Shown one piece after another: positions 13,066 to 25,254 of a stretch of 64,000 nt of DNA. The number at the start of each line of letters is the position of its first letter. Positions within the stretch are counted from its first letter, which is position 1. Both the position numbers and the translations under genes were made by a program. The notes beneath the pieces are model-generated. The model did no database searches and was not told the DNA's origin. It saw nothing but the letters and a program-made list of their open reading frames with translations. Origin of the DNA: Nemertoderma westbladi (lineage: Eukaryota > Animalia > Xenacoelomorpha); the NCBI GenBank assembly GCA_032718475.1, contig JAUCBJ010000989.1:1-64000 (forward strand), read 5' to 3'.

Positions 13066-14485
13066 CACCATACGGAGTGGGTGTGTGACTATATTATTTC
13101 ATATATTTTTATTATTTTTATATTTATGTATGTATTATTATGTATTTTATTATAATCGTTTTCTTTAATTTTATTTAGTAGAATGTTATTTTAGCGATTA
13201 GTGCAATATATTAATCTTATTACTTAATTACTTATATATTATATATTTAGTGCGACGGCGAGAAATAATTCGTTTTCTCTTTCCTTACTGTCCGTATTAT
13301 ATTATAAATGCGAGACTACAGTAAGATGAAATGTCCGTACTTATTAAAGTACAATAAAGCTCCTACTATATTTAAGTATTATTGGTAGGCAGAGTATTAG
13401 GAATGCAAAGTTCAGATCCTCGTGTCTCGGCTAAACCAAGCTCTGGGTAGACCTTGGAAACGACTTGCCTCTTCACACTGACATTGCTTCGTGCGATATT
13501 GCTCTTCTACCTTATATTAAATAATACATATAGTAGCGTGATGTCCTTCTAACAGTAGCGTAAAACGCAAATAAATCTGTTAAACCTTTTGACCATCTGT
13601 AATTCTAGTCGATTAAGATATCGCGGCACCCACCGATATGCTTGAAAGACAAATTCTAGAATCAGTGGTTAACGTCCCCAGACAAGTTCTGGAATAAATT
13701 GGTGCCCATCTTAAATATTAATTTAATATTTATTAAAATCTGTAAAATTCAGATCCTTTAAAATGTCTAGTCAATTAAGATATCGCAGCACTTACCGATA
13801 CTCTTAAAAGACAATTTTTATAGAATTAAGGATCCTATGTCCCCAGACATGCTCTGGAATAAAATTGTGTCAATTTTACCATCAAATAATAAAATTTACG
13901 GGAATAAATTTAAATTCATATCTTTAATGAATTTAATAAATTGTCATTTTATGCAATTTATAACATTCCCAAAATTTCATTAATTAATAGATCACGGGAG
14001 CGGAGATTCACCCTATTGAGTGTATTAGAGTGCGAGAATCTCCAACATATAGTCAATAGCCAATAAAATTCATAAAATCATGCATAAAGGGGATATTGAC
14101 AATTAAAGAATTACTATTAAATAACATGCCAGATCTGTATGCATGAGAATTACCCTAATTCTAACGCTAGCTTTCCATAATGTCACCATAGCAACACCCA
14201 CGCTAGAATTAGAAGCAAGTTAAAAAGAACAATAGAAAGCTTGTCCCATTGCATAGTATAGGTAAGAAATAGCACACCGCTAGTATCCAAGGATACATAA
14301 TAATAATGTGGCATTCTGGAAGGCACTGACTAACGGACAAATGGCCTGTATGTGTACAATTGGTAACAGTTGTGTGGAATTTGTGCATTTATAGGTGAAT
14401 GTTACTACTAAAGTGTGTTTACAGTAGCGAGTCGCAATTGTGAAAGTAGCCCTAACTCTACCGAAAGAACCTGAAGTGAATCCAA

Positions 14486-14619
14486 GCCTTTGGGACGGAC
14501 AGTGGAGGGACTTGTGCCGGTTATCGTTGTCGTGCTGTAGCTACACGTTGGCGAAAACACCGCAACGACGGTATATTGGCGCTGAGAATCCCACTGTCCG
14601 GGGGCAGAGAGGGGTAGGC
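14486..14619 (+). promoter_or_regulatory. Conserved long RNA stem-loop upstream of the accessory ORF (copy A)
   Basis: Nested arms GGACAGTG/CACTGTCC, GTGCCGGT/ATTGGCGC and a 17-bp stem 14522-14538/14557-14573; covaries with copy B. Confidence 0.65.
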
Positions 14620-14680
14620 AGCGACGCCCGCTCGCCTAAATACAAACTCATTATAATATTAATAAACTCAGATAGCAGAT

Positions 14681-16040
14681 ATGACGGAGTTGATAGAAGA
14701 TGATCTTGGTATCAGGGAGCGATATACTCTACCTTTACTACACGCGTTTGTGGATAGCTTGATACGCGGTGAAGCCGACCTAACTACTACGGAGGACGAT
14801 GGTCGTTATATCGAACCGCCTATGTCCCAGGAGCAACTTACGCGTGAATTGGACTATAGAAAATTCACCGCTCGCTATACGCATCATAATGGTACGTATA
14901 TGGACTTCTTAACTACCGGCCATTCTATCGATTTACACGATACGGACTATTGTCAACACCGAAAGGGAAATGGTACTATTTAAATATCCTACCCAGCGGA
15001 GTCGGAACGATAAACTGAAATTCGAATGCGAAAATTCTATTCGAAATCGACTCGAAAGAAAAGACGTTAAAGAAGCGAATAAACGCGGTAACTCCAACGT
15101 ATATTTGGAATTCTTGAGAGAAGCATTGTAACACCAAATAAATATCACCCGTTTCCTCTACAAGACGTGCATCTTTGGTATTATTACGATGAATGCCCAA
15201 GACCCAACCAACAAACGGAAAGACATAAATACCAGCGGAGACGTTGCTTTAAACACGGTTTACTCGCTATATTCATGGGAATTTCGAGCAAAACTTATTC
15301 GATGTATCTCCTACGCTCTCTCGACTCGAACGATCCTTAAGTAAACCTATGATCAGAGTTCCGGAATACTCGGTCAGACCTCCTCATTCCTTGGTTGGAC
15401 CTCGGACTCTTGGTCCTGATAGTGTCGCGGGTCCTCACGAACTGTACTCACCGTTCGGAGATCTGGTGTTGCCCGAGCCGTTAGTCGGTGGCACTCCGGT
15501 TGTGGGCTCCCTAAATATCCGCCCATCTTACCTGGTCGGATTGGGGCGCGGACACCTAATATCACCATTCAACCGTATAATCGTCCCCGTTTAACACGAT
15601 ACAACCCGTCATCAAGGTGGAGGAGAGCGTTGTACGAAACGAGTTAGACGCTATTCTACAAAGATCAGAAAAGAAACCTATGTTTGTTCAGATAAACTTA
15701 AATTGTAACAGCAAGCCCAAGCGGTAAACGGATTGGCTTTATCTCAGTTCGATTGGGAAATCCAGAATCTCTAAGACGATATCGAACTTGGACGACCCTA
15801 TTCTCTGCGAGAGTTTTTGGACGAACGTATCCAATGACGAGCGGAGGAAAATCAGCTCGAGGAGAAGCATATCGAAATGGATGAGACACCGGCCGTAACC
15901 TTAAACCTTCTGATGCAATCATATTGCACCCTTCACCCAGGAGTTATAGCCCTCCTCGTAAAGTGGCTCGCCCCAAAGAGAAAAAGACTCTTGCTAGCTT
16001 TAAAAAACTGCGTAAACGCCGTCCACGCAAGAAAGACTAA
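14681..16040 (+). pseudogene. Decayed, internally deleted copy of the 1417-aa accessory ORF of element B
   Basis: Same N-terminus (MTELIEDDLGIRERYTLPL) and C-terminus (KKLRKRRPRKKD*); several frameshifts; about 2.7 kb containing the exonuclease and knuckles is missing at ~15886. Confidence 0.88.
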
Positions 16041-16118
16041 CTGTTTAGAGTATTTTTGTATTTTAGAAACTGTGATTTCGTATATTTTATAGACTTAAAT
16101 CCCATTTTCTGGGAGCGG

Positions 16119-17356
16119 TGTAAAAGCTTTTGTGGGATATAACTGGTCCTTTGCTCCGCAATCCAGTTTCCCCCAATGCGCTCAAATACTCTAAAACCTA
16201 CTGTAAAAGCTTTGCGGATATAATCAGTCCCTTTGCCCGCAAAGTACCGTGTAGGTGTTTTAGTGGACATAAAAGTCATTCTTTCTGTATGTGTACTTTG
16301 GCGGACATAACAAGACACTAATGCCGCAATACGCCAAATCCTCTAGTACAGTGTAGCTTTGATGATTCAGATTACGACATCTACCAGCTGGTTTGCTGAC
16401 ATGGAAACGGCCGTTGGATCCATGGGTTCTTTGTTCGGCTTAACAGCCAATCAGGGCGATTTTCATTTTATGCGTGGAGATATCTCTGCAGATCGTACTG
16501 GGCGAGTTCAGTATTGGTTTTTCCTATGCCAAGAACACCGGCTTTGGAATCATTCTGTTTTCAGACTTTAGCAAAACATTAGTAGGCTTAGATTATAGAA
16601 ACGTATAACTGTTATCATACTATCATATCTTAACATACCTCACTCATATTGTCAAACTGTTCACCGCATTATTTTACTGCTATTTACTGTTGGTTATTAA
16701 TTGTATCAGTTGATTGAATATTGTTATACTTGGAGAATATCGATAAATAACCCAAAATCCCAATCTTCTTGATACACTAAAGGTTAGAGAGACCGGTTAC
16801 ATATAGCAATTGCGACTTATATTATCGTGGTTTTGGAGTGAATCTAATGCTATTTCATAGATACTACATGAGTCCATTGCTGTTCTCTTTATGTATGGTC
16901 AAATTCAGTGACTGTCGGCAAATCAGTGTGCAGTTGTGCGGTACCGGTATTGTGCAAGAGTGGTTGATAACTAAGCATCTCCTAAAGAATGCGCCTTATA
17001 CGTGAATCATAAGCCGTACCGTTGTGTTTAGTATAAGTCATAGCTCTGTTTACATATTTAGAGCGCCACGTCCTAAAGGAACTGTTAATATTTCCCGAAA
17101 GTGAATAATATTTGTCAGAGATTATATATTAACGATCAATCGAATAATACAGTAGGCTTACACCGCAATAAGGTCTAAGCATCCGAATCCAGTCTCCTGG
17201 GTATATCCAGCGGGTGAATGATCGCGCATCGGCTGGCTTCGGCTAATGTAGTGTTTATTTATATCAAATACTTGTCATAGGCTAAAGTCGATTTACAAAC
17301 TAAAAGACATATAAATTTGGCAGGTTAAACTGCTCAAGGTCTTAAAAGCGCAAACA
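16119..17356 (+). repeat. Probable 3' LTR of element A (~1.24 kb, TGT...ACA)
   Basis: Preceded by the purine tract GGGAGCGG; both boundaries match those of copy B (51255 and 50032). No 5' LTR is available to confirm. Confidence 0.7.
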
Positions 17357-17604
17357 ACGTGTTCACCCCTTTTAATCCCCCCCCCCCACCCTTCCCAACC
17401 ACCAATACATAACCGCGACATCTACCACCCACGGAAGGGTAGCACGAACTTATTTCCAATCGCACGTGAAATATGCAAAGCCAGGTGGTTTATAGGAATA
17501 TAATAAACGCAGTACTCGTTTTCATTATAAGCCTCTTTGCGTTCGTCCTGTTTTGTATTTAAATATATTTCTTAAACGCAGGCTAGGACGATCTTTATAA
17601 TAAT
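17357..17604. repeat. Segment of the ~610-bp repeat unit that received both A and C insertions; continues at 41736
   Basis: Matches 42100-42354 and the corresponding part of 47471-49057. Confidence 0.85.
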
Positions 17605-19835
17605 TGTAAGGTCCAGTAGTATACCGCTTACCAGATCCTAGTAAAGATGTACCTTACTATGAGACTCTAGTAATGTATACGGGCTCGTACAGTATCTGAC
17701 AACAAATCCCAGTCCAGGATATCTAAACAAACAGATACAATACACAAACGACTACTGGCGAGGAACAGAGCCTAGTATCTATTCTATGTACGTGAGTGGG
17801 TCTAATGCCTACGTACTAGACAAAAGGATACCTGTCCTCTAACCGGTGAGGCAGATGTACAGTTACAGTAACAGACCAAACTCACGGGAAAACAATCCCC
17901 GCGCAGCGAATCCTAACTATCACTGACAGTCCTAAATACAGTAACTTGCCGAGGTGTGATTTATATGGTTTATATACGAGCTAGTGGGTTAACAGACCTA
18001 GCGTAACAACACTGATTCTGTCCTTAAATCAGTCGAAAAGGGGTCGTGCCTAAATGTAACAATAACTGATCCCCCTGTACGAAATCAGTTTAAAGGGTCA
18101 GGCCTAAATGTAACAATACTGCTGAACAGGAACCAACAGTTTAATAATGAAAATGAAATACTCTCTCTTGCCGCAACTAAATATCAGATCCTAATTTTAC
18201 AAATATAGATAGATTCTGCCTAAAGTAATGTATAGTGTGCTATAGCTAGTAGGACTCTAAGGGCGAATATGTTTTAGGGCGTGTGTGTGTGGGTGTGTTA
18301 CAAATAAAACAATTTCATGTATCTCCTTTTCACTAGGTTTTAGTGATTTTCTGACCGAAATGATACCGTGCGCTAGCTACTAAAATAAACTAGTTGCGTT
18401 TTGTAGAACTTTATACTCACAAATGACGTCAAAGCTCTCTCCTTCCTATCCACAACTCAATGGGCAACCACGGTGTTAGTAACTACACCCGTGATCGGCA
18501 CTAATACCAGATTCTGGTTGTAAGATAAGAAATAGGGGTTAATCGCTACCGTACGTTAGCTGATCTGGTATACTAATTTAATTCTAGAACTTTGTTGCCG
18601 CGGTAGTTAGCAGCAATACCTATCAGTACGTGGCAAGGCGCGGTAGGATATTAATAAAACCTCCCTAGGCCAAGCAGTGTGCCAGTAACAGAAATACTCC
18701 TTGCCTGATCAAATAACTAACTCCAGACAGGGGGGGGGGGGGGGGGGTACTAATGTACGTTCTACAAAGCGAACCGGTACCAAACAGTCAGTACTAACAA
18801 ATCACTAAATTATGGAACGTATGCTGTCCGTACCTAATATGTACTTGCGTACTGACGAATGGCAATAGCTCGCACCTGTAGGAAGTACAGGTTAACCCAG
18901 GGGTTCGTAGTACATAACAAAGGGGGGGGGGGGGGGGGGGGGGGGGTCCTGTCTAAATATAACTATTTGATCCTAAATTTGCGGCGTCCAGTACAGCGTC
19001 ACGCTTACCCTGATCTATAGGTCTTACGGCGGGCAAGGGCGTCGAACAAAGTCTTACCTTTCTCACAAAGCGGGCGCTGCATGGCAAGTCGGAGCATTTC
19101 GAAGGGCAAAGGGGGTGCGCGGTCAATCCAATGTGGGCGCTAGCGTGTTGTGGACATCTTTCCCCTGCGTTGCTGACGGCCTAACGGTCTAGGCTGCCAT
19201 CTTTGGCTGTCCCGAAGTTGGACCAAAAGAAAACATTTCAGGAATTTGCAGTATATTTACAGTTTTAACAAAGAATTTATCAAACAGATTAACAAAGTTT
19301 CAACAAGAAACCAAATAAAGATCTAAGAAGTGAAGGTGATAAGAAGAAGGGGGGGGGGGGGGGGGGGTGATAAGAAGAAGGGGGTAAGAAGAAGGGTGAT
19401 AAGAAGAAGGGGGGAAGAAGGGGAGATAACCGAAGGCAAACCGGCCTTTTATACTAAATATCGCACATGGAAACCAAACAGAATTTTCCATAGCCTCACA
19501 TTTGAGCAATAAGATAATTTATGCCCCATGATTGGCCTGGCTCATCATTCGCTACGTTGTACGCTTCTCATTGGTCCACCAATTAGCACCAAATGAAAAT
19601 AAATGGCCCCAAAATACAAATTTCCCGACTGGGATTCGAACTCGTAACCTATCTAATGTAACCAACGCCTTAACCATCTGACCACTACGCCATGAGAGTA
19701 TCTAGGGGTTTTATGTGTACAATATGAATAGGCAATATTACATTACTATAACTTACTCAAAATGCGTCGGATTTTCGAAAGTTTTTATGTTAAAGTTAAA
19801 CTACAAATGCTATCTTATAGTGAAATAATTCATCA
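17605..19835 (-). repeat. 3' LTR of element C (2231 bp)
   Basis: Near-identical to 39496-41735 apart from 19551-19652; preceded by the PPT on the minus strand. Confidence 0.92.
19622..19690 (-). other. tRNA-derived (SINE-head-like) segment inside the LTR; not a functional tRNA
   Basis: Minus strand GCGTAGTGGTCAGATGGTTAAGGCG...GAGTTCGAATCCCAGTCGGG has A-box and B-box/T-loop; acceptor and anticodon stems do not pair. Confidence 0.6.
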
Positions 19836-20377
19836 CCACTCCATGAAAACAGTAAGTAAGACTGTTTTCACCAATCGAAATATAAAATATTTACAAACGA
19901 CTTCTAAACCTACTGGTAGGGCCTAAAATATAAAATATAATCACTATCTAATTATTGCATACTTAATATTGCAGATACGGCGTAAATACAATCGATCGTA
20001 CATACAAATACAAATTTACTAATTAACTTTAGTGCCTAAAATACAAAAAAGGCTTTCGGTTATCAATATAAGCAAATTAAACAAATCAGAACAAATTTAA
20101 ATCAAAGCAAATTGAACAAATAATTGTAACTCTTTCGATAAATCTTTATATATTGTAAATATACATAATAAACTTCCACCAAATTAAATCAGTCCAAATA
20201 TAATATAAACATAAGGTGCTAATAACTTTAAATGAGTCTTAAAGTGTTCTCCTGAAGAACTAAAAGGTTCGTCCTGCTGGTCTAGATATCTTCTCCTGAG
20301 CGCTAATCGCTAACGGTAGGCTCGCAAGCCTTCCTTTCCATATCTCGCTCCTCCAAACCCAACATTCAAACATAATG

Positions 20378-20477
20378 TCCAATATAAACATCCAAATATA
20401 ATATCCAAATATAATATCCAAATATAATATCCAAATATAATATCCAAATATAACATCCAAATATAATATCCAAATAT
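20378..20477. repeat. 13-bp tandem repeat (ATCCAAATATAAT), about 7 copies
   Basis: Read directly; lies between two copies of the 20-nt hairpin motif. Confidence 0.9.
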
Positions 20478-21020
20478 CGGTAGGCTCGCAAGCCTTCCTT
20501 CTTCTCGCTTCCTATTCCTTCGCTGAGCGGGCTCGTCCACGTCCTCTAGTGCGATTGGGGGGTGGTCGAGGTCGAACTGGGCTCGGACTTCGGCGTCGAG
20601 TCGTCGGTGGTTCCTAAATGCTAGGAAATGGGACGACGGGAGTTTCGCACATCCGTCGTGCGCTCAATCCTCTAAATCCTCGTCCGATTCCAACTGTCGG
20701 CTTAACATCGGATCGAGTCTCTACAACGCTAGGAGGAAGTCGAAAGGGTAGGACCGTTCCGTCCGTTGACACCTCGCTCTCTGACGTCGTTTGAATCCTA
20801 ATGGGTTCAGTCAAAGCGTATCCTGTCCCTCCGCGTGGTTCTCTAGCAAGGGAAACCGTGCCCCGAGTCATCCGGATTTGCGACTTCGATGTCGTCCTCT
20901 CGGCGACATTCACTATCTTCTTTATCTCTTGTCCGGCCTTCTGGGCTTTGCGTATACATATATATTGATTTATTATCTATATATATTGAATTATATATTA
21001 CTGTATTATGGAGATTAATT

Positions 21021-21409
21021 AGATAGATAGATAGATTGATTTATACATTATGTAAAAACAATAACAAATACACCAAACAATGTACCGGTATAAAGGTATT
21101 GTCCAACATAACATATAGGATTACCCCTAAAGCTTTGCAGCTTATTTCCAAGGGGGTCCTTTATGTTACTTGGTTACAAATACAATATTACACTACGCTA
21201 ACCTAAAACCAATATAAAACGTAATTACACTATGTACATGTACAACTTTACCGAGAGCGTGACAATGCCCGACTCAACGATAAAGATGTAATGTACAGAA
21301 CAATTTATTATAAAACGTATTTACAGCATAAATAGTAAATAATTAATAAGCTAATAACTTACTGTAGGACTATTGTACCTATTTTTACATTGCACACGGA
21401 GGTAATGTG
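21021..21409 (-). mobile_element. 5'-truncated non-LTR retroelement 3' tail inserted in the Gypsy LTR
   Basis: (ATCT)n tail on the minus strand, subterminal stem-loop, flanking TAATT duplication; splits an otherwise contiguous LTR sequence. Confidence 0.55.
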
Positions 21410-21480
21410 TAATTATTGATATTACTAAATCAACTAAAATACAATATAAGGAACCATTGATTTTAAGATCTCATTATATT

Positions 21481-22740
21481 GGTTCACGGTCTTTGACATA
21501 AGTGACCATTATTACCGTAATGTGTGTGTGTGTGTGTGTTAGTGGTGTGTGTGTGTGTGTGTGTGTCCAGAGCGATATCTCAGTTATTTATTAATCAATC
21601 GAAATAAAATTTGGACAAAAGTTAGATATAGGGATGGCGAAGGCTCATACAAAAAATTGGGTGTCGAGATGGTATTTGTGCGATGTGAGCGCTATATTTG
21701 CGTGTTTTCGCATGGTTTAGGAAAAAGCTATCTTGTCATAGGGAACGCAATGAATGATTCTGATATTTGGCATGGAGGTACCTGAATTATTTATAAATCG
21801 ATTAACGGAGGCCGATTTTTAAATTTGGACCTACATTATGACCTAATTGAAGATTTAATTAAGGTAATTAATTAGCATTAGCAATTACCAATACTGCAGT
21901 ACCGGTACTGCAGTCCTGTAGGCCCTAGACTGCTAGTACTGTCTGATTGTACTGATGTCTGCTAGTACGGTCCGATGGTTAGCAATCTTAGCACTATGCA
22001 CTACCTGCTAGCATACCAGCATACTGGCATAGCAGCAAACTGGCAGTACCAAGTACCGGTACTTCTGACTGGCAGACCGGCATAGCATTTCAGTTTATTA
22101 TTATCCATCAGGTAGGCTATGCCTGGCTTAAATATAATATTTCGCCATGTTCGCAGGCGACTTCGCACTGACTACCGGTAGGCCTATGCAGCTATGCTAT
22201 GAGATTAACCGTCCAGTCGTTCAGATGCATATGGTACCGGTACCGGAACGGGTTACGGTTTAATCCTGCATTTGTCAATTACGACAATACCGGTACGACT
22301 TTGAGTACCGGGTACCGCTGTACCGGTACGCGGTAGCCTACCGTTACCGGTTGACCGGTAGGCGTAGGCGGTAGACCTACGGTGCGATGGTAGCCCTGTA
22401 GCCAGCCAGTAGGTGGTCGTGGTAGGCTTACCGTACCGGTATAAATGTTGGCGGATGGCGGGATGACGTCGTGTGGCGCGTAATTACTTACCGGTTGCCG
22501 GTAGACGCCTACCCAACTCGTAACTGGTGGTCGTGGTCGTGGTGGGATGAGCATGAGGTCGCCTACGATGGGAACAAGTGAAAAGGAAACATAGGCCTAC
22601 CCGAACGAAAACGTACCGGTCAGCCGCCAGCCGGTACCCGAATACTGGGTACAGGGGTACGTTTCGACAATGATGTATCGGTTATTATTATTGTACTGAT
22701 TAAGTAGGAGGACCGTGAACCCTCCGGGCTTGCCAGCTTG
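21481..22740 (+). mobile_element. Non-autonomous Helentron-associated (HINE/DINE-1-like) element inserted at a TT site in the Gypsy 5' LTR
   Basis: Sub-terminal inverted repeats GGTTCACGGTC (21481) / GACCGTGAACC (22711), short 3' tail, (GT)n microsatellite near the 5' end, TT insertion site. Confidence 0.65.
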
Positions 22741-22782
22741 TTCTTATTAACTACCAACAACGGGATTGGGGAAGATTACAAA

Positions 22783-22800
22783 TGGTGACCCAGACGAGAT
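22783..22800 (+). promoter_or_regulatory. Primer binding site, tRNA-Trp type (second copy at 25073-25090)
   Basis: TGGTGACCCAGACGAGAT two bases after the LTR end ...TTACA; 16/18 match to the canonical Trp PBS TGGTGACCCCGACGTGAT. Confidence 0.8.
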
Positions 22801-22964
22801 CGTAAATGGAGAATCGTGACTGTCAGACTTACGTTAACATCATTACAGAATTCAAGCTATCTACGTTCTGACGTTTAGGATACCCGGTACAGATAGTACT
22901 GTAATCCAGGTACACTTCATAAAGTAGTAGGCCTACCATTCGGCCACGCGTAAATCCAATCACG

Positions 22965-23815
22965 ATGCCGGTAGATATTCATAGTTTAAATAAGAAAACT
23001 CTTGAACTCATTTTAGAAGTTCTCTACCAAAATGACCCCAATTTCACTATGCCAGCAACAAAGGCGGAAATCGAGACACAGTTGAGGGGCGAAAACCAAA
23101 ACGCCGTACAGTTGGCCTATAACCACCTTCAACATACGCAACTAGCGGGTGCTGTTATGGGAAACTTTCCTACAACACCTTTGACTACAAACGAAACGCG
23201 AGTTCCACAAACAATTAAACTCCCAGTGTTTTACGAGAAGGATACGCGAGTTTGGTTCGAACAAATAGAACAAATCTTAGAAGGTTCTCCGGAGACCGTT
23301 ATGAAGAACAGTTTACTTCGCGTTCTCCCGACAAACGTGATATTCGACAGTGGAGCAAATGTGACTGATACATTCCACGTCATAAAAAATTCGGTAATTA
23401 ATCACGCGGATGACAGCGCCGATAGACGATTAAAGAAACTATTAAAGGATCAACAGTTGGGCGATAGAAAGCCGTCCGTTGCTCTTAGGCAACTTGAGCG
23501 GTTGGCGCCTAATAACGAAAACTTAGTACGTCTACGATTTCTGGAAATACTTCCGGAGCCGGTACGTTTAGCCTTGGTTTCTGTCGATGGTATACCCAAT
23601 GACAAAATCGCGGAAATTTCGGATCGGATGATGGAACAAATGACTGGATCTACACCATGGAATTCGGTTAACCAAGTATCCACTTTCGGTAGTGTTGATA
23701 AAATGCCGGAAAATCCAGTAAAACCCGACTGGGAAAGAGCGATCGCAGATCAAATATTACAATTAACTGTGGCTGTTAATGCTTTACAAGCAAGTATCAA
23801 GCCTCAATACAATCG
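22965..23815 (+). pseudogene. Gypsy gag, first copy, truncated at the duplication junction
   Basis: Identical to 25255 onward up to KPQYNR, then runs into the GT repeat. Confidence 0.85.
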
Positions 23816-25254
23816 TGTGTGTGGGTGTGTGTTAGTGTGTGTGTGTGTGTGTGTGTCCAGAGCGATATCTCAGTTATTTATTAATCAATCGAAATAAAAT
23901 TTGGACAAAAGTTAGATATAGGGATGGCGAAGGCTCATACAAAAAATTGGGTGTCGAGATGGTATTTGTGCGATGTGAGCGCTATATTTGCGTGTTTTCG
24001 CATGGTTTAGGAAAAAGCTATCTTGTCATAGGGAACGCAATGAATGATTCTGATATTTGGCATGGAGGTACCTGAATTATTTATAAATCGATTAACGGAG
24101 GCCGATTTTTAAATTTGGACCTACATTATGACCTAATTGAAGATTTAATTAAGGTAATTAATTAGCATTAGCAATTACCAATACTGCAGTACCGGTACTG
24201 CAGTCCTGTAGGCCCTAGACTGCTAGTACTGTCTGATTGTACTGATGTCTGCTAGTACGGTCCGATGGTTAGCAATCTTAGCACTATGCACTACCTGCTA
24301 GCATACCAGCATACTGGCATAGCAGCAAACTGGCAGTACCAAGTACCGGTACTTCTGACTGGCAGACCGGCATAGCATTTCAGTTTATTATTATCCATCA
24401 GGTAGGCTATGCCTGGCTTAAATATAATATTTCGCCATGTTCGCAGGCGACTTCGCACTGACTACCGGTAGGCCTATGCAGCTATGCTATGAGATTAACC
24501 GTCCAGTCGTTCAGATGCATATGGTACCGGTACCGGAACGGGTTACGGTTTAATCCTGCATTTGTCAATTACGACAATACCGGTACGACTTTGAGTACCG
24601 GGTACCGCTGTACCGGTACGCGGTAGCCTACCGTTACCGGTTGACCGGTAGGCGTAGGCGGTAGACCTACGGTGCGATGGTAGCCCTGTAGCCAGCCAGT
24701 AGGTGGTCGTGGTAGGCTTACCGTACCGGTATAAATGTTGGCGGATGGCGGGATGACGTCGTGTGGCGCGTAATTACTTACCGGTTGCCGGTAGACGCCT
24801 ACCCAACTCGTAACTGGTGGTCGTGGTCGTGGTGGGATGAGCATGAGGTCGCCTACGATGGGAACAAGTGAAAAGGAAACATAGGCCTACCCGAACGAAA
24901 ACGTACCGGTCAGCCGCCAGCCGGTACCCGAATACTGGGTACAGGGGTACGTTTCGACAATGATGTATCGGTTATTATTATTGTACTGATTAAGTAGGAG
25001 GACCGTGAACCCTCCGGGCTTGCCAGCTTGTTCTTATTAACTACCAACAACGGGATTGGGGAAGATTACAAATGGTGACCCAGACGAGATCGTAAATGGA
25101 GAATCGTGACTGTCAGACTTACGTTAACATCATTACAGAATTCAAGCTATCTACGTTCTGACGTTTAGGATACCCGGTACAGATAGTACTGTAATCCAGG
25201 TACACTTCATAAAGTAGTAGGCCTACCATTCGGCCACGCGTAAATCCAATCACG

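Larger units (their letters stand above)
7340..17356 (+). mobile_element. BEL/Pao LTR retrotransposon, copy A (no 5' LTR, internally deleted)
   Basis: Collinear with element B (50032-64000) across gag, spacer, accessory ORF and LTR; ends ...GCGCAAACA at 17356, where a host repeat resumes. The 5' boundary is approximate. Confidence 0.9.

Noticed and set aside
14440-14703. 87-aa upstream ORF before the accessory gene
   Set aside because: Frame is not preserved in copy B and differences are mostly non-synonymous; RNA structure explains the conservation better.
19622-19690. Functional tRNA gene
   Set aside because: Acceptor and anticodon stems do not pair; it is embedded in an LTR.
21549-22554. 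ORFs 21549-21785 and 22279-22554 and their duplicates
   Set aside because: They fall in microsatellite and ACCGGT-rich filler of a non-autonomous element; recurrence is due to the tandem duplication.
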